Below, piece by piece: positions 38,701-51,278 of a stretch of DNA of 64,000 bases. The notes beneath the pieces were generated by a model that did no database searches, had not been told where the DNA came from, and was given only the letters and a program-made list of their open reading frames with translations. Positions within the stretch are counted from its first letter, which is position 1. Each line of letters begins with the position of its first letter. The position numbers were made by a program, and so were the translations under genes. The stretch spans positions 1,178,001-1,242,000 of the forward strand of contig NC_086108.1 of the NCBI RefSeq assembly GCF_963921235.1. The letters are read 5' to 3'. Source of the stretch: Mobula hypostoma. Lineage: Eukaryota.

Positions 38701-39743
38701 AGCTTCAGGTCCCACACCACCAGGTTCAGGAACAGTTATTACCCCACAACCATCAGGCTCCTGAACCAGTGTGGATAACTTCACTCGCCACAATGAGCCT
38801 CAGGTCCCACACCACCAGGTTCAGGAATAGTTATTACCCCACAACCAACAGGCTCCTGAACCAGTGTGGATAACTTCACTCACCACAATGAGCCTCAGGT
38901 CCCACACCACCAGGTTCAGGAACAGTTGTTACCCCACAACCATCAGGCTCCTGAACCAGTGTGGATAACTTCACTCACCACAATGAGCCTCAGGTCCCAC
39001 ACCACCAGGTTCAGGAACAGTTATTACCCCACAACCATCAGGCTCCTGAACCAGTGTGGATAACTTCACTCACCACAATGAGCCTCAGGTCCCACACCAC
39101 CAGGTTCAGGAACAGTTATTACCCCACAACCATCAGGCTCCTGAACCAGTGTGGATAACTTCACTCACCACAATGAGCCTCAGGTCCCACACCACCAGGT
39201 TCAGGAACAGTTGTTACCCCACAACCATCAGGCTCCTGAACCAGTGTGAATAACTTCACTCACCACAATGAGCCTCAGGTCCCACACCACCAGGTTCAGG
39301 AACAGTTGTTACCCCACAACTATCAGGCTCCTGAACCAGTGTGGATAACTTCACTCACCACAATGAGCCTCAGGTCCCACACCACCAGGTTCAGGAACTG
39401 TTATTACCCCACAACCATCAGGCTCCTGAACCAGTGTGGATAACTTCACTCGCCACAATGAGCTTCAGGTCCCACACCACCAGGTTCAGGAACAGTTATT
39501 ACCCCACAACCATCAGGCTCCTGAACCAGTGTGGATAACTTCACTCGCCACAATGAGCCTCAGGTCCCACACCACCAGGTTCAGGAATAGTTATTACCCC
39601 ACAACCATCAGGCTCCTGAACCAGTGTGGATAACTTCACTCACCACAATGAGCCTCAGGTCCCACACCACCAGGTTCAGGAACTGTTGTTACCCCACAAC
39701 CATCAGGCTCCTGAACCAGTGTGGATAACTTCACTCACCACAA
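35755..39743 (+). repeat. Tandem array of 42 x 95 bp derived from a Rex1/Babar ORF end
   Basis: Unit GAGCCTCAGGTCCCACACCACCAGGTTCAGGAACAGTTATTACCCCACAACCATCAGGCTCCTGAACCAGTGTGGATAACTTCACTCACCACAAT; 3989 bp / 95 = 42. The host element runs about 35310-40000. Confidence 0.95.
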
Positions 39744-40194
39744 CACTGAACTGTTCTCACAACCTATGGACTCACTTTCAAGGACTCTATAACTTATGTC
39801 TTTAATATTAATAAATAATAATATTATTTTTTAAAATTTGCACAATTTACATTATTTGCACATTGGTTGTTTGTCAGTCTCTATGTACAGATTTTCATAA
39901 ACTCTGCTGTATTTCTCTTTATCTCTGTGAAGGCCTGCAAAACCATGAACCTCAGGTAGTATAAGGTAACATATACGTACTTTGAGAGTAAGTTTACTTT
40001 GCAATAGAGTTGTGTAGGAACATTGGTGAATCTCTGCATTTCTCATCCCCAGAGAGCTATGGAGGAAAGATTTGCTTTATTTGTCACAAGCTTAGTGAAA
40101 CGTACAGTGAAATGCATCGTTTGTGTCAACGACCAACACAGTCCGAGGATGTGCTGGGAGCAGCCCACAGTATCACTACGTCTCTAGCGCCAAC

Positions 40195-40493
40195 CAATGT
40201 ACTCCTTAAGGTGTGCGTTGCTTCTAGTGCACAAAGGAATTTAAAATGCGCACAAAAGGTTGTCACCCTCCACCTCGTTGGCATACTAAGTATATTTCAT
40301 GATCGTACACAACCACATTTCCTTTTCTGGTTGACAACGTGGAGTTTGCGATGATTTGTCCGCAGATTTTAGAAATGGCTCATTTATACTGTTTTTATTG
40401 AAGAAATTATTCAATGTTGTCGTCAACGGGCAAAATATTGCACAGTGCAAGATTTTTATGCACTCTGGTCATTACAAATTAGAGGGAACATTG
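40195..40493. mobile_element. hAT-type MITE with 8-bp TSD, inserted in a V-SINE
   Basis: Ends CAATGTACTCCTTAA / TTAGAGGGAACATTG. TSD GCGCCAAC (40187-40194) / GCACCAAC (40494-40501). Confidence 0.75.
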
Positions 40494-43400
40494 GCACCAA
40501 CATGCCCATGACTCGCTAACGCTAACCCGTACGTCTTTTGAATGTGGCATGAAACTGGAGCACCCTAAGGAAATCTACATGGTGACGGGGAGAGCGTACA
40601 AACTCCTTACAGAGGGTGGTGGGAGTTGAACCTGATCACTGTGGCAGTAAAGTCGTACACTGGCTGCACTGCTATCAGGTTGTCCTTCAATATCTGAAGA
40701 GGGGGTAGACATGGTTTTAAAAGCTGAGGGAATTGAGAGCTGCAGAGAACTAGGACAGAGGAGAGGCCCGAGGAAGGGCAGGCATGGTTGTTTTGAATAG
40801 TAGGGTATACCTGAGGGGCCAAATGGCCTGCTTCGGCAACTATTTCCTCACATTTACATGTAATTGAATGGATTTAAGGCAATTGTACAAAAAAAGGAAT
40901 GGAGCAAAATTGTTCTTTTTTAAATAGAGCACAGCCAGTTCTAGAATTAGGTGTACACAATGTTAACAGGCATAATTCAAGTGGAAAGCGAAAGATCTTT
41001 TTCCCAGGGCAGAAAAGGCTAATACAAAGGGGCATAACTTTAAGGTGATCGGAGGAAAGTATCAGGGGGATGTCAGAGGCAAGCTTTTTCACACAGACAG
41101 CGGTGGGTGTGTGAAATGTGACGCCTGATAGAGGCAGGTACGCTCGGGACTTCGAAGAATCTCTCAGATGGGCACAAGGGTGATAGAAGAATATGTGGGA
41201 GGGAAGGGTTACATTAATTTTAGCGTCGGTGAAATCAATTGTGGGCTGAAGGAGTTGTACACTGCTGTAATGTTCTATATGCTGCTTCAAGATGCCGCAC
41301 AAGGAGGGTTAACAGGAATTTTTAAAGCTGAATAAAACCTCGAAGGAGAAAAAGAGTATCAGGATTGAGAGGATGGGGCTGATTGGAAAGACCTTTGAAA
41401 GAACTAGCACTTTTACAATGGGTTGAATGGTCTTATGTTACCCTGGACCCCGGTTCTATGGGATTACATCCACACAGATGCCTCACTCCGCACCCTTAGG
41501 CCCCCAGGCCATCTGAGGCTGTGCCTGAAGACGCAGGGATTCAATAATCCGGGCCTTTGTCCCCCGAGGAGCCGCCAACGATTAGAATCCAGAATACACC
41601 ACAACACACGGGCATCAGGTGAATGGCCCCAGGCCATGCTTTAGTCAAAACGTCCTGGGGGACGATTACCAAGCCACATCTGCCCACCTTCGTGTGTGGA
41701 CAAGGTCTGCAAATGGGACAGGTGTGAGGGAGTGGGGGTGGAGAGAGTGAAAAGGGGGGGGAAGAGAGCGAGGGAGGTGGGGGAGAGAGCCAGGGAGAGG
41801 GGAGAGGGGAGGTGGGGGAGACAGATGGGGAGAGGGGGCAATGGGTGAATGGGGTCCTCACTTTTTGAAGATGTCCTTGATGCTGAGAAGGCTACCTGCT
41901 CTGCAAGATGCAAAGCACTCCAACTTTTACAGCGCCAAATAAACAATAGTTATGGAGAAGCAGAACACAGGGGTGGGAGGAAAGGCCATTCTGTCTTTCA
42001 GGACCGTTCTACACCTCAATACAGATATGGCTGTGCTTCCCTCACTTGAACCTCTTAATATCTGTGTGTGAACCTCAGGACTCACACCACCAGGTTCCGG
42101 AATTGCTATAACCTCTCAGCAATCTTGAACCAAAGGGGATAATGTCACTCCACTCCACTGAAATGTTCCAACAGCCTATGGACTCACTTTCAAGAACTCC
42201 TCATCTCATTTTCTCAATTTCATTGCTTATTTATTTATTATTTCCTTTTTTTTCCTCCTACTTGCAGTTTGTTGGTTTTGATGTTCGACATGTAGACTGG
42301 TTGTTTGCCCACCCTGAATTTATGAATTTTTGAATTTTTTGTACTTTATAATTTATCGATTAAATGTACTAAGCATCTTGGCCTCTATGGTCCTGTGTCT
42401 CTCAGCCATCACCACCCTCTAACGGAAGTGATGTCTTACCTCTCGCTCCTTATCCTGTACTGCAGGACTGTGTACACAGATCACCCACTCAGTACAGAGC
42501 CCACGCACCAACCAACACCCAACACACCTCACTGTGGGGCACTGGAAGCCCCGCCAGTCCCTTTGTCGGACTTGTCCCCTCCAAACCACCACCTCATATT
42601 TATTGCAGGAGCAGGCTCCTTCCAATCACCCCGCTGAGGCATTAACCCCACTCCCCTCCCTACAGATGCTGACTGCCCTGCTGAGATTTCTTAATTAACT
42701 TCATTTACACTCAGTGGCCACTTTATTAGGTACATCTGCTCATTAAATGCAAATTAATCAGCCATTCACGTGTCAGGAACTCAAGGCACAAAAGCGCGCA
42801 GACGTGGTCAAGAGGTTCAGTTACTGTTCAGACCGAACATCAGAATGGGGGAAGAAATGTGACCTCAGTGACTTTGACCGTGAAATGATTGTTGGTGACA
42901 GGCGGAGTATCTCAGAAACTGCTGATCTCCTGGGATTTTTCTGCACAACAGTCTCTGGAGTTTACAGAGAACGGTGTGAAAAACAAAAAGCATCCAGCAA
43001 GTGGCAGTTCTGTGGATGAAAATGCCTTGTTAATGACAGAGATCAGAGGAGAATGGCCAAACTGGTTCAGGCTGACAGGAAGGTACCAATAACTCAAATA
43101 ACCACACGTTACAACATTGGTGTACATTAAACCATCTCTGCTGCACAGCACACCCAGGCTTGAAGTGGATGCGTTACAGCAAAGACCACACCACTCCTGT
43201 GCTCGGTGGCCACGGAGTGTGCAGTTATATAACACTTCTGAACTGCAGAGAGTTGAGCACACAGCTCAGCACATCATGGAAAGCAGCCTCTCCTCCATGC
43301 ATTCTGCCTCAAAGACCCACCAACCCCAGATATTCTCTCTTCTCCCCCTCCCATCGGGCAGAAGATAAAGAAAAGCCTGAAAGCACATCCCACCAGGCTG

Positions 43401-46400
43401 AAGGACAGCTTCTACCCCTCTGTTGTAAGATTAATGCCCGTACATTAAGATGAATGCTTGACCTGGCGATCTACTGTGTCATGACTTGTACCCTTACTGT
43501 TTACCTGCTCTGCACTTTCTCTGGAGTTGTTACACATTACTCTGAATTACACCTTCTACTACCTCAATGCACTGTGTAATGAACAGTACACAGGACAAGC
43601 TTTTCACTCTATCTCAGTACTTGTGACAATAACAGACCAATTCCAATTCCACCCTCAGACTTGGCTGCAATGGATAGTCCCTCTGCCCCCTTCCTCCCAG
43701 CTGGTGAACCTTCATTGTCACACAGAGAGGAGAGAGCTCTACCCACTCGCTGCTCCAGCATCTGCTAGGTACGGTACAGCCCAACACACATTCCTACAGT
43801 CGCCGCCATCATTATGTGCTGCGATCATGGTCCATGATTGTTCTTGGCACATTTTTCTACAGAAGTGGTTTGTCACTGCCTTCTTCTGGGCAGTGTCTTT
43901 ACCAGCTGGGTGACCCCAGCCATTATCAATACTCTTCAGAGATTGTCTGCCTGGGGTCAATGATCGTATAACCGGGACTTGCGATATGCACCACCTGCTC
44001 ATATGACCATCCACCACCTGTTCCCCATGGATTCACATGATCCCGATCGGGGGGTGGTTAGCCTTGCCCAAGGCTAGCGGAGAGAAGGAGCGCCTTGCAC
44101 CTCCTTTAGTAGAGACGTATCTCCACCTGGTCATTCCTACAGTACTTTCCCTGATCATAAGACTTGGCTGCCAGTTAATTGTTTCTTGAGGTTTACACAC
44201 TGCCTTAAGTCAGGGATACATCTGCTAACTTGTGCACAACGAGGTGCTAATGAACAGACAAGATCTTCTTTCCGCCGGGGAAGAGCTCCCTCCTGCCAGG
44301 AGTCTTGGACACACCCGTCCGAGAGGACAAACAAGACCTCATCCAAAGGGTCTCACTTCCAGCTGGGAGAGTCAGCCTAAGTCTCTCTCGGACAGCCTTG
44401 GGCCGTCTGCCCCAGTCCCACCCCACCCCCACCCTTAACAGCCCAGAACCCTAGAATATGGTTGACGTTAAAGATTAGCTTTGTGTGTCACATCCTTATG
44501 AAAAATACAGTGCCAAGTATTGTTCGCATCGAATTAAATCATTTGGGGCAAGCCACAAGTGTCGCCATGTTTCTGGCACCCACAGCTCACCAACCCATCC
44601 GGTATGTGGGAGGAAACCCATGTGGTCACAGGAAGAGTGTACAAACTCCTAACAGAGAGCGGTGGGAATCGAACCACGGTCGGTGATCGCTGGCACTATG
44701 AAATAACTACACTAACCGCTACGCTACCGTGCTGCCCACCCAGCTACCTCAGGGGCTCCTAACCTTTTTTATGCCATGGATCAATACCAGTAAGGTACTG
44801 TCTGCGGAGCCCATGTTGGGAACCCCTGTGGCTTAGGCCAAGATCTCTGAGGGGAGGCAGCATTGTTAGGGAAGGGGGTGGAACAGAAAGATTTAGGGGT
44901 ACAAGGTTCGAGGGTGGGGAAGATGGGGAGAATATCATTGTGAGGCATCTCCCACTTTCTCTTCCCCCCCCATCCTCCTCCCCAAAAACGTCGCCTCCCC
45001 TTGTAGTTCTTCGCCAATGGGCATCTGTCTGGGCTTCTTCAGTCCCTTACCTCACCTCCAAGCTCTGGCACCCCTCTGCTCACCCAACAAAAAAATGCCC
45101 CCTGAACTTCTTTATTCTTATAGTCAACTTGAATTATTTGAATTGAAATAATCCCACCCCCACCACCAGAACAATTGTTTAAATCCGAGCATAATATACA
45201 AAATGCTGGAGGAACTCGGTAGGTCAGGCAGCATCTATGGCGGGGAATAAACGGTTGGCGGCTTGGATCAGACCCCTCATCAGTACTCACATTACAGTAG
45301 TTTAAAGTGGAGCAGCACGGTAGTGTATTCGTTAGCACAGCACTTCACAGTATCAGAGACCCGGGTTCAATTCCCGCCCTTGCTTGTAAGTAGTTTGTAC
45401 GTTCTCCCCACGAGTGAGATGGGGACAAACCCACTGCATGAGTTTCCTCCGGGTGCTCCAGTTTCCTCCCACAGTCCAAAGACAGTCCCGGTTAATGGTA
45501 GGGTAACTGGTCATTGTAAATTGTCTCATGATTAGGCACGGTTAGAGGATTGCTGGGTGGCGCAGCAGAAAGGGCCAGAAGGGCCTATTCCACACCGTAT
45601 ATAAATATACGAAGAAGTTTATTCTAATACACATACAGTGTCACCCAGTGGGCACCTTATTAGGCCCACCTGCTCGTTAATGCAAATACCTAGTCAACCA
45701 ATCATGAGGTAGCACCTCAGTGCATAAAAGCATGCAGACATGGTCAAGAGATTCAGTTGTTCAGACCAAACATCAGAATGGGGGAAGAAATGTGAGTGTA
45801 GTGACTTTGACTGTGGAATGATTGTTGGTGTCAGACAGGACGGTTTGAGTATATCAGGAACTGCTGGTCTCCTGGGATTTTCATACAAACATTCTCTAGA
45901 GCTTACAAAGAATGGTGCGGAAAAAAAAACAAGCGAGCTGCTGTTCTGTGGGTGAAAATGCCTTGAGAGGTCAGAGGAGAATGGCCAGACTGGTTCAAGC
46001 TGGCAGGAAGGTGACAGTAACTCAAATAACCACGTGTTACAACAGTGGTGTGTGGAAGAGCATCTCTGAATGCACATGTTCAGTCTCGAAGTGGACGGGC
46101 TACTGCAGCAGCAGATCACAAGCAAACACTCAGCGGCCACTTTATTAGGTACAGGAAGTACTGAGTGTTATCAAGGTTGGCACATATCACCATATATTAC
46201 TTTCAGATTGTTTTTCTTACTGGTACTTGCAAGAAAAATAAATACTTTATAATCTTCATTAGATTTAATTTCCCCCATTGTTGAGTTTGTCCAGCATTGT
46301 GTGTATGTGTGTGTGTGTGTTGCTTAAGATTTCCAGCATCTGCAGAATCTCTTGAGTTTAAATCCAAGGCAGGCTGCTGGATATCTCCGTGAGAGGGTAT

Positions 46401-46599
46401 GGAATTGATTGACAGGTCACATGACGTAACATGTTGGGTCAAGTGTCCTGATTGGGCGAGGTGCTCGAGGTCTAGATGCCACCTCCAATCTTAATATCTT
46501 TTATTACAGTGTTATAAAGGCACAGAATCACACAGCAAGGCCCAATCGAACGGCAGCTACTGTGTGGCATTGACCAACTCCCTCTCCCCCCAGTCAAAA

Positions 46600-47935
46600 G
46601 GCTAAAGGTCACACCGGTGACAACCCCCTGCATTTGCCTGGCGCCTTCACGGAGGCAGCATCCACCCGGGGCTGATTCAGTCAAATATCACTCCAGACGG
46701 TTAGGTGAATCCTGGCACCACAGCGCCCTAAGGTCTCGCCGAAATCTTCCACCCCACATCTCCCCACCAACTTGGGCCGCCAGCTCTACAGTCACCCCAC
46801 GCAACTCCTGACCCGCTGCCCCGGTCCGGGCTTCCCTGCCCAGAGCCCCAGCTTTCCCCTCCATCCCCAGCTTCTCGTCAGGCCTCCGGGAAGGGGGGAG
46901 CATTGAGGGGAAGTAGGGGAGAACTCCGGAGTGTGAGCACACTCTCGCCTGCCGGGGAGGGGTGGGCAGCGTCTGCCACCGCTGGGTACCAACACATCTG
47001 GCCCCCAGTGCTGCAAGTGAGACAGAGAGGACCCCTGGATCCCATGTGTGGGACTGACACTGTTCAACACGGCCGGGAGGGGAGGTCGAGCCAGACGCCA
47101 AACTGGGGTCGGCTCCACAATGGGCATCGGCAAAGCGTTCATTCCCCCCTCCCTCCCTCCCTCCCGTCCTAGGAGCCACAAGCTCCCCTGCCCCTGCCCC
47201 CCCCCCCCACACTTCGCCACACGAGTTAAGAGTCGCTCTCTGACAATTAGCTGCAACCTTTCTCATTTTGACTTGAGTATTTTTTTGCGCGCGGCTGCCT
47301 TATTGACAGTCATTACGTTATTCTCTAACTGAAAACGTGTGGTTTGCGAACTGAAATCCCCCCTTTCTTTCTCTGTGCCCAACGACAAAAAAAACAGTCA
47401 GGCGAGGGATCCGACCCCGCTGAAGCTGAACGCCGTGCACCAGTTTCTCTGCGAAGCTCGTTTCTCCAACCTGCTCTTGCGGCTCAGAGCGCTGGCGGGG
47501 CGGAGAGGGTTAAAACACGCACTAGACCTGTTTATCCGCACATTTCGCTTCCCTCGCTCTCCTCCAGTCCGTTTCTTTTCGCTTCTGCCCCAGATTCTTT
47601 AACTCTGTCCCCTCCGGCCAATAGTTCGGCCACAGGATCCCGGCATCTCGCAAATTGGACCCTTTCTCGCCGCCTCCCCGCTCGGGGCTGAGTTAATACT
47701 CACGGCTCAGTTCGCTGCGGTGCTGCGGTTTGCTGCCTTGTTTGCGGCGGGACATGGTGGGGCGGCGGGGGCTGTGAAACCCCCACCCCGGTGCCCGGCA
47801 CTGTTCCTCCCCGGCCGCCCCCTCCTCCTCCTCCTCCTCCAAGTCCGCCCGCCTCTCGCAGATCCGGGCAGAGACTGCCCCGCACTCGGCCGCTCCGCTT
47901 AGACACACCGACACCGAGGGACAAGTTCAAGGCGG
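46600..47935. promoter_or_regulatory. CpG-rich promoter / 5' UTR / intron 1 start of the BCL11/ZNF296-like gene
   Basis: High CpG density against a CpG-poor background; spans exon 1; no recognisable TE. Confidence 0.65.
47704..47755 (-). CDS. znf296: Coding exon 1 of a BCL11-family zinc-finger transcription factor (probably ZNF296; otherwise a divergent BCL11A/B-like paralogue)
   Basis: CCACC-ATG Kozak context. Encodes MSRRKQGSKPQHRSELS, with the NuRD-binding MSRRK motif of BCL11/ZNF296/SALL/FOG. Followed by donor C|GTGAGT in phase 1. Lies in a CpG-rich region. The symbol is tentative; the family call is firm. Confidence 0.85.
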
Positions 47936-48560
47936 GGAGAGAGAGAGAGAGAGAGGGAGGGGGGAGGAGACAGAGAGAGAGAGGGGAGGAGACAGGGAGG
48001 GAGGGGAGGAGAGAAGGCAGGGCAGAGAGAGAGGGAGGGGGGGAAGCGGGAAGGGTAGGGGAGGAAGGGAAGGAATGAGGGGGGAGGGTGGGTGAGAAGG
48101 GGCAGAGAGAGGGAAGGGGAAGGAACAAGTGAGAGGGGACAGGGAGAAGGGAGTGGGAAAGAGGCAAGGAGGGAGGGGTGAGGGAGGAGGGGGAGCAGGG
48201 ACTGGGAAAAAGGGAAGTGTGGAGGGAGGGGTAAGGGGGAGCAGGGACAGGGGAAAGGGGAGTAGGAAGGAGAGAGAGGGAGGTAAGCGGGGGAAGGAGG
48301 GTGGGCAAGTTGGAAGGAGGGGAGAGGGATGGGAGAGGGTGACTGGAACAGAGGGAAAGAAAGTTGAGGGAGGGGAATGGGAAAGTGGAGATGGATGAAG
48401 AGTGAGGGGGTTGGAGTGAAAGCTGGAAGTGGGTCTGTGAGGGCGGAGAGAGAGGGGACTGGAGAGAGAGATGGTGGCGGTGGGAATGGAGGAGAGAGGG
48501 TGAAGGAATGGGTTGAGTGAGGAGGGACACATGAGGAAGGAATGATGAAATGATGGAGAA
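47935..48560. repeat. Polypurine (G/A-rich) low-complexity tract upstream of exon 1
   Basis: About 620 bp made mostly of G and A on the + strand, with (GA)n and GGG runs. Confidence 0.85.
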
Positions 48561-48829
48561 AACTTGATGGGCCAATTGCCTAATTCTGCCCTCATATCTG
48601 GTGGTCTTATGATATTCTACGACTTCCTAGCTCCAGTGACTCAGGTTTGGATTCTGCTTTGGACACTGGCACACGGATAGTTGGCCTTCGACCCCACAGT
48701 GAACTCACAGAGATCTGCAGACCCGAGGATCTGGCCAGTGGTCCCCGACTTCCCGGTGACCCTTGGGCCTCGGTCCACGGCATTAACCACAGGGCCTGCC
48801 GGTTACAGAACACCAGGCCTCAAGCTCCA

Positions 48830-49655
48830 GACTCTACTCCCATGACTGTGTGGCTAGGCATAGCTCAAATGCCATCGATAAATTTGCTGACAACGCAGCT
48901 ATTGTCGGCAGGACTTGCGATGGTGGCAAGAAGGCACAGAGGAGTGTTGCAGTACATACCTTTCACCCAACATCACCAAGACCAAAGAAGGGGTAAGACG
49001 AGGGAAGATGCACCAGTCCTCATCGAGGGATGAGAAGTGGAAAGAGTCAGCAATTTCAAGTTCCAGGATACAATTAAAAAGAAGGCACGATAGTGGCTAT
49101 ATTTCATTAGGAGTTTGAGGAGATTTGGTATGTCACCAAAGACGCTTGCAAATTCTATAGTTGTATCTTGGAAAGCATTCTAGCTGGCTGTTTCACTGCC
49201 TGGCATGGGGGTGGGGGCACCACACAGGATCGAAATAAGTTGCAGGAAGTTATGAACTCAGTCAGCTCCATCATGGGCACTAGCCTCCCCAGCATCCACG
49301 ACATCTTCAAGGAGCGATGCCTCAAAGAGGCAGCATCCATCATTAGGACCCCATCACCCAGGCCATGCCTTGTTCTCATTGTTACCGATAGGAAAGAGGT
49401 ACAGGAGCCTGAAAACACACGCTCAGTGATTCAGGAACGGCTTCTTCCCCTCTGCCATCCGATTCCTGAATGGACACTGAACCATGAACACCACCTCACT
49501 GCTTTCTTTCTCTTTTTGTACTGCTTATTTACAACTAATTACTTAAATTAACTTTTTACAAAAAAAAGTCATTTTATTACATATTGCAATGTACTGCTGC
49601 CTCATAACAGCAAGTTTTACGACAAAAGCCAGTGAGATTAATTCTGATTCTGGCA
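48830..49655 (+). mobile_element. Rex1/Babar LINE 3' fragment
   Basis: KFAD remnant; ESILAGCFTAW..IHDIFKERCLKEAASII. Confidence 0.75.
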
Positions 49656-49969
49656 ACAGAACACCGAAAACTAGGTCTGGAACTCTGGTCTCACCCATCG
49701 GCAACCTGAGCGTCATGGGAGCTCATTCCTTCTGCCCACGTGCAAAGTAACAACAACCTGTGGGTTAACAAGGGTCAATGGAGGTTAAACAAGCAAGTAG
49801 AGGGATGAAAGGAAAGGGCGAACAAAAGCAACAGAAGAAAAAGGTTGAACAAGAACAGGGAAAGAAAGACAGTGGAAATTCACAATAGAAACATGGAGAA
49901 AAGAGGAGGGGAGCAGGATAGACTAGAGGGGCTGAATGGCCTTTGGTTGTAATTGAAAGTCAGTCAGAA

Positions 49970-50351
49970 CCTCGTTGTAGGGTTTGGAGGCTTGCGTGCC
50001 TCAATGACCCGGAGAGCTATGCTGGCTGGAGTCAGGACTCTCCTCCTTGGTTTGTGGTAAGGTCATCTATTCCAAATAGGTCAGAGGGTAGAAGCCAGAC
50101 TAAAAGTGGTCCACCGGTCCTCCAGGTTCAGGGGTTCAGCTCAAGGCTAACAACTCTGGCTGGTAAGTCAAAACATCAATGAAGAATTCTTCTACATCTG
50201 AGTGTGACAGTATTCCTGAGTCTCCACCTGGGACTTGCGTGACTGACAGTGGTGAAAACTGAGAGGAAGCTACTGACACGATGAAGGAAGCCCTGAACAC
50301 CACCAGAGATGGACGACCTTCAATGCTGCACTGAACAGGCAGTAAGTAAGT
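49970..50351 (+). mobile_element. Bipartite non-autonomous RTE (Expander/Rex3-like; family C)
   Basis: 5'-UTR-like GTGCCTCAATGACCCGGAGAGCTATG, RTE-like 3' end CAGAGATGGACGACCTTC and (TAAG)n tail. Partial copy at about 22265-22440. Confidence 0.55.
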
Positions 50352-50634
50352 ATTTGAAAACTCCCCTGTATTTTCCCCAGATGCTTTTCTGTGGGCTGTC
50401 CATTAACACAGATCCAAAAATTGAACATAATCTGAAAAAACCTTATTGAATACAGAGGACAATGTTTACTACACAAACTAAAGAATATAAATTTTTTTAA
50501 AGAGATTTCTTTAATTTGTTACATATACATTGAAACATACCAACAAAGTCCAAGGGTGTGCTGGGGGGCAGCCTGCAAGTGTCACCATGCTTCTGGCACT
50601 AACATAGCATCCCCACAATTTACTAACCCTTTTA

Positions 50635-51278
50635 TATATTGGTGAGACCCGACGCAGACTGGGAGACCGCTTTGCTGAACATCTACGCTCTGTCCGCCAG
50701 AGAAAGCAGGATCTCTCAGTGGCCACACATTTTAATTCCACATCCCATTCCCATTCTGACATGTCTATCCACGGCCTCCTCTACTGTAAAGATGAAGCCA
50801 CACTCAGGTTGGAGGAACAACACCTTATATTCCGTCTGAGTAGCCCCCAACCTGATGGCATGAACATCGACTTCTCTAACTTCCGCTAAGGCCCCACCTC
50901 CCCCTCGTACCCCATCTGTTACTCATTTTTATGCACACATTCTTTCTCTCACTCTCCTTTTTCTCCCTCTGTCCCTCTGAATATACCTCTTGCCCATCCT
51001 CTGGGTCACCCCCCCCATCTTTCTCCCTAGGCCTCCTGTCCCATGATCCTCTCGTATCCCCTTTTGCCTATCACCTGTCCAGCTCTCGGCTCTATCCCTC
51101 CCCCTCCTGTCTTCTCCTATCATTTTGCATCTCCCCCTCCCCCTCCAGCTTTCAAATCCCTTACTCACTCTTCCTTCAGTTAGTCCTGACGAAGGGTCCC
51201 GGCCTGAAACGTCGACTGCGCCTCTTCCTATAGATGCTGCCTGGCCTGCTGCGTTCACCAGCAACTTTGATGTGTGTT
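50635..51278 (+). mobile_element. Penelope-like element 3' part with GIY-YIG endonuclease remnant
   Basis: YIGETRRRLGDRFAEHLRSVR...RLEEQHLIFRL; near-identical to 16404-16930. Confidence 0.85.
51181..51218 (+). ncRNA. Minimal hammerhead ribozyme
   Basis: TAGTC-CTGACGA-AGGGTCCCGGCCT-GAAA-CGTC-GACTG. Confidence 0.75.

Noticed and set aside
35755..39743. CRISPR-like array or a cluster of 65-aa genes
   Set aside because: There are no unique spacers and the DNA is eukaryotic. The repeated ORFs are a by-product of a 95-bp unit, which is not a multiple of 3, derived from a LINE end.
44041..44130. HDV-like ribozyme at the 5' end of RTE family A
   Set aside because: A P1-like pairing (GGTGGAG/CTCCGCT) exists, but P3/L3 and P2 could not be assigned.
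47700..48595. Long Pro/Ser/Leu-rich and Gly/Arg/Glu-rich ORFs
   Set aside because: These are translations of a low-complexity purine/pyrimidine tract.
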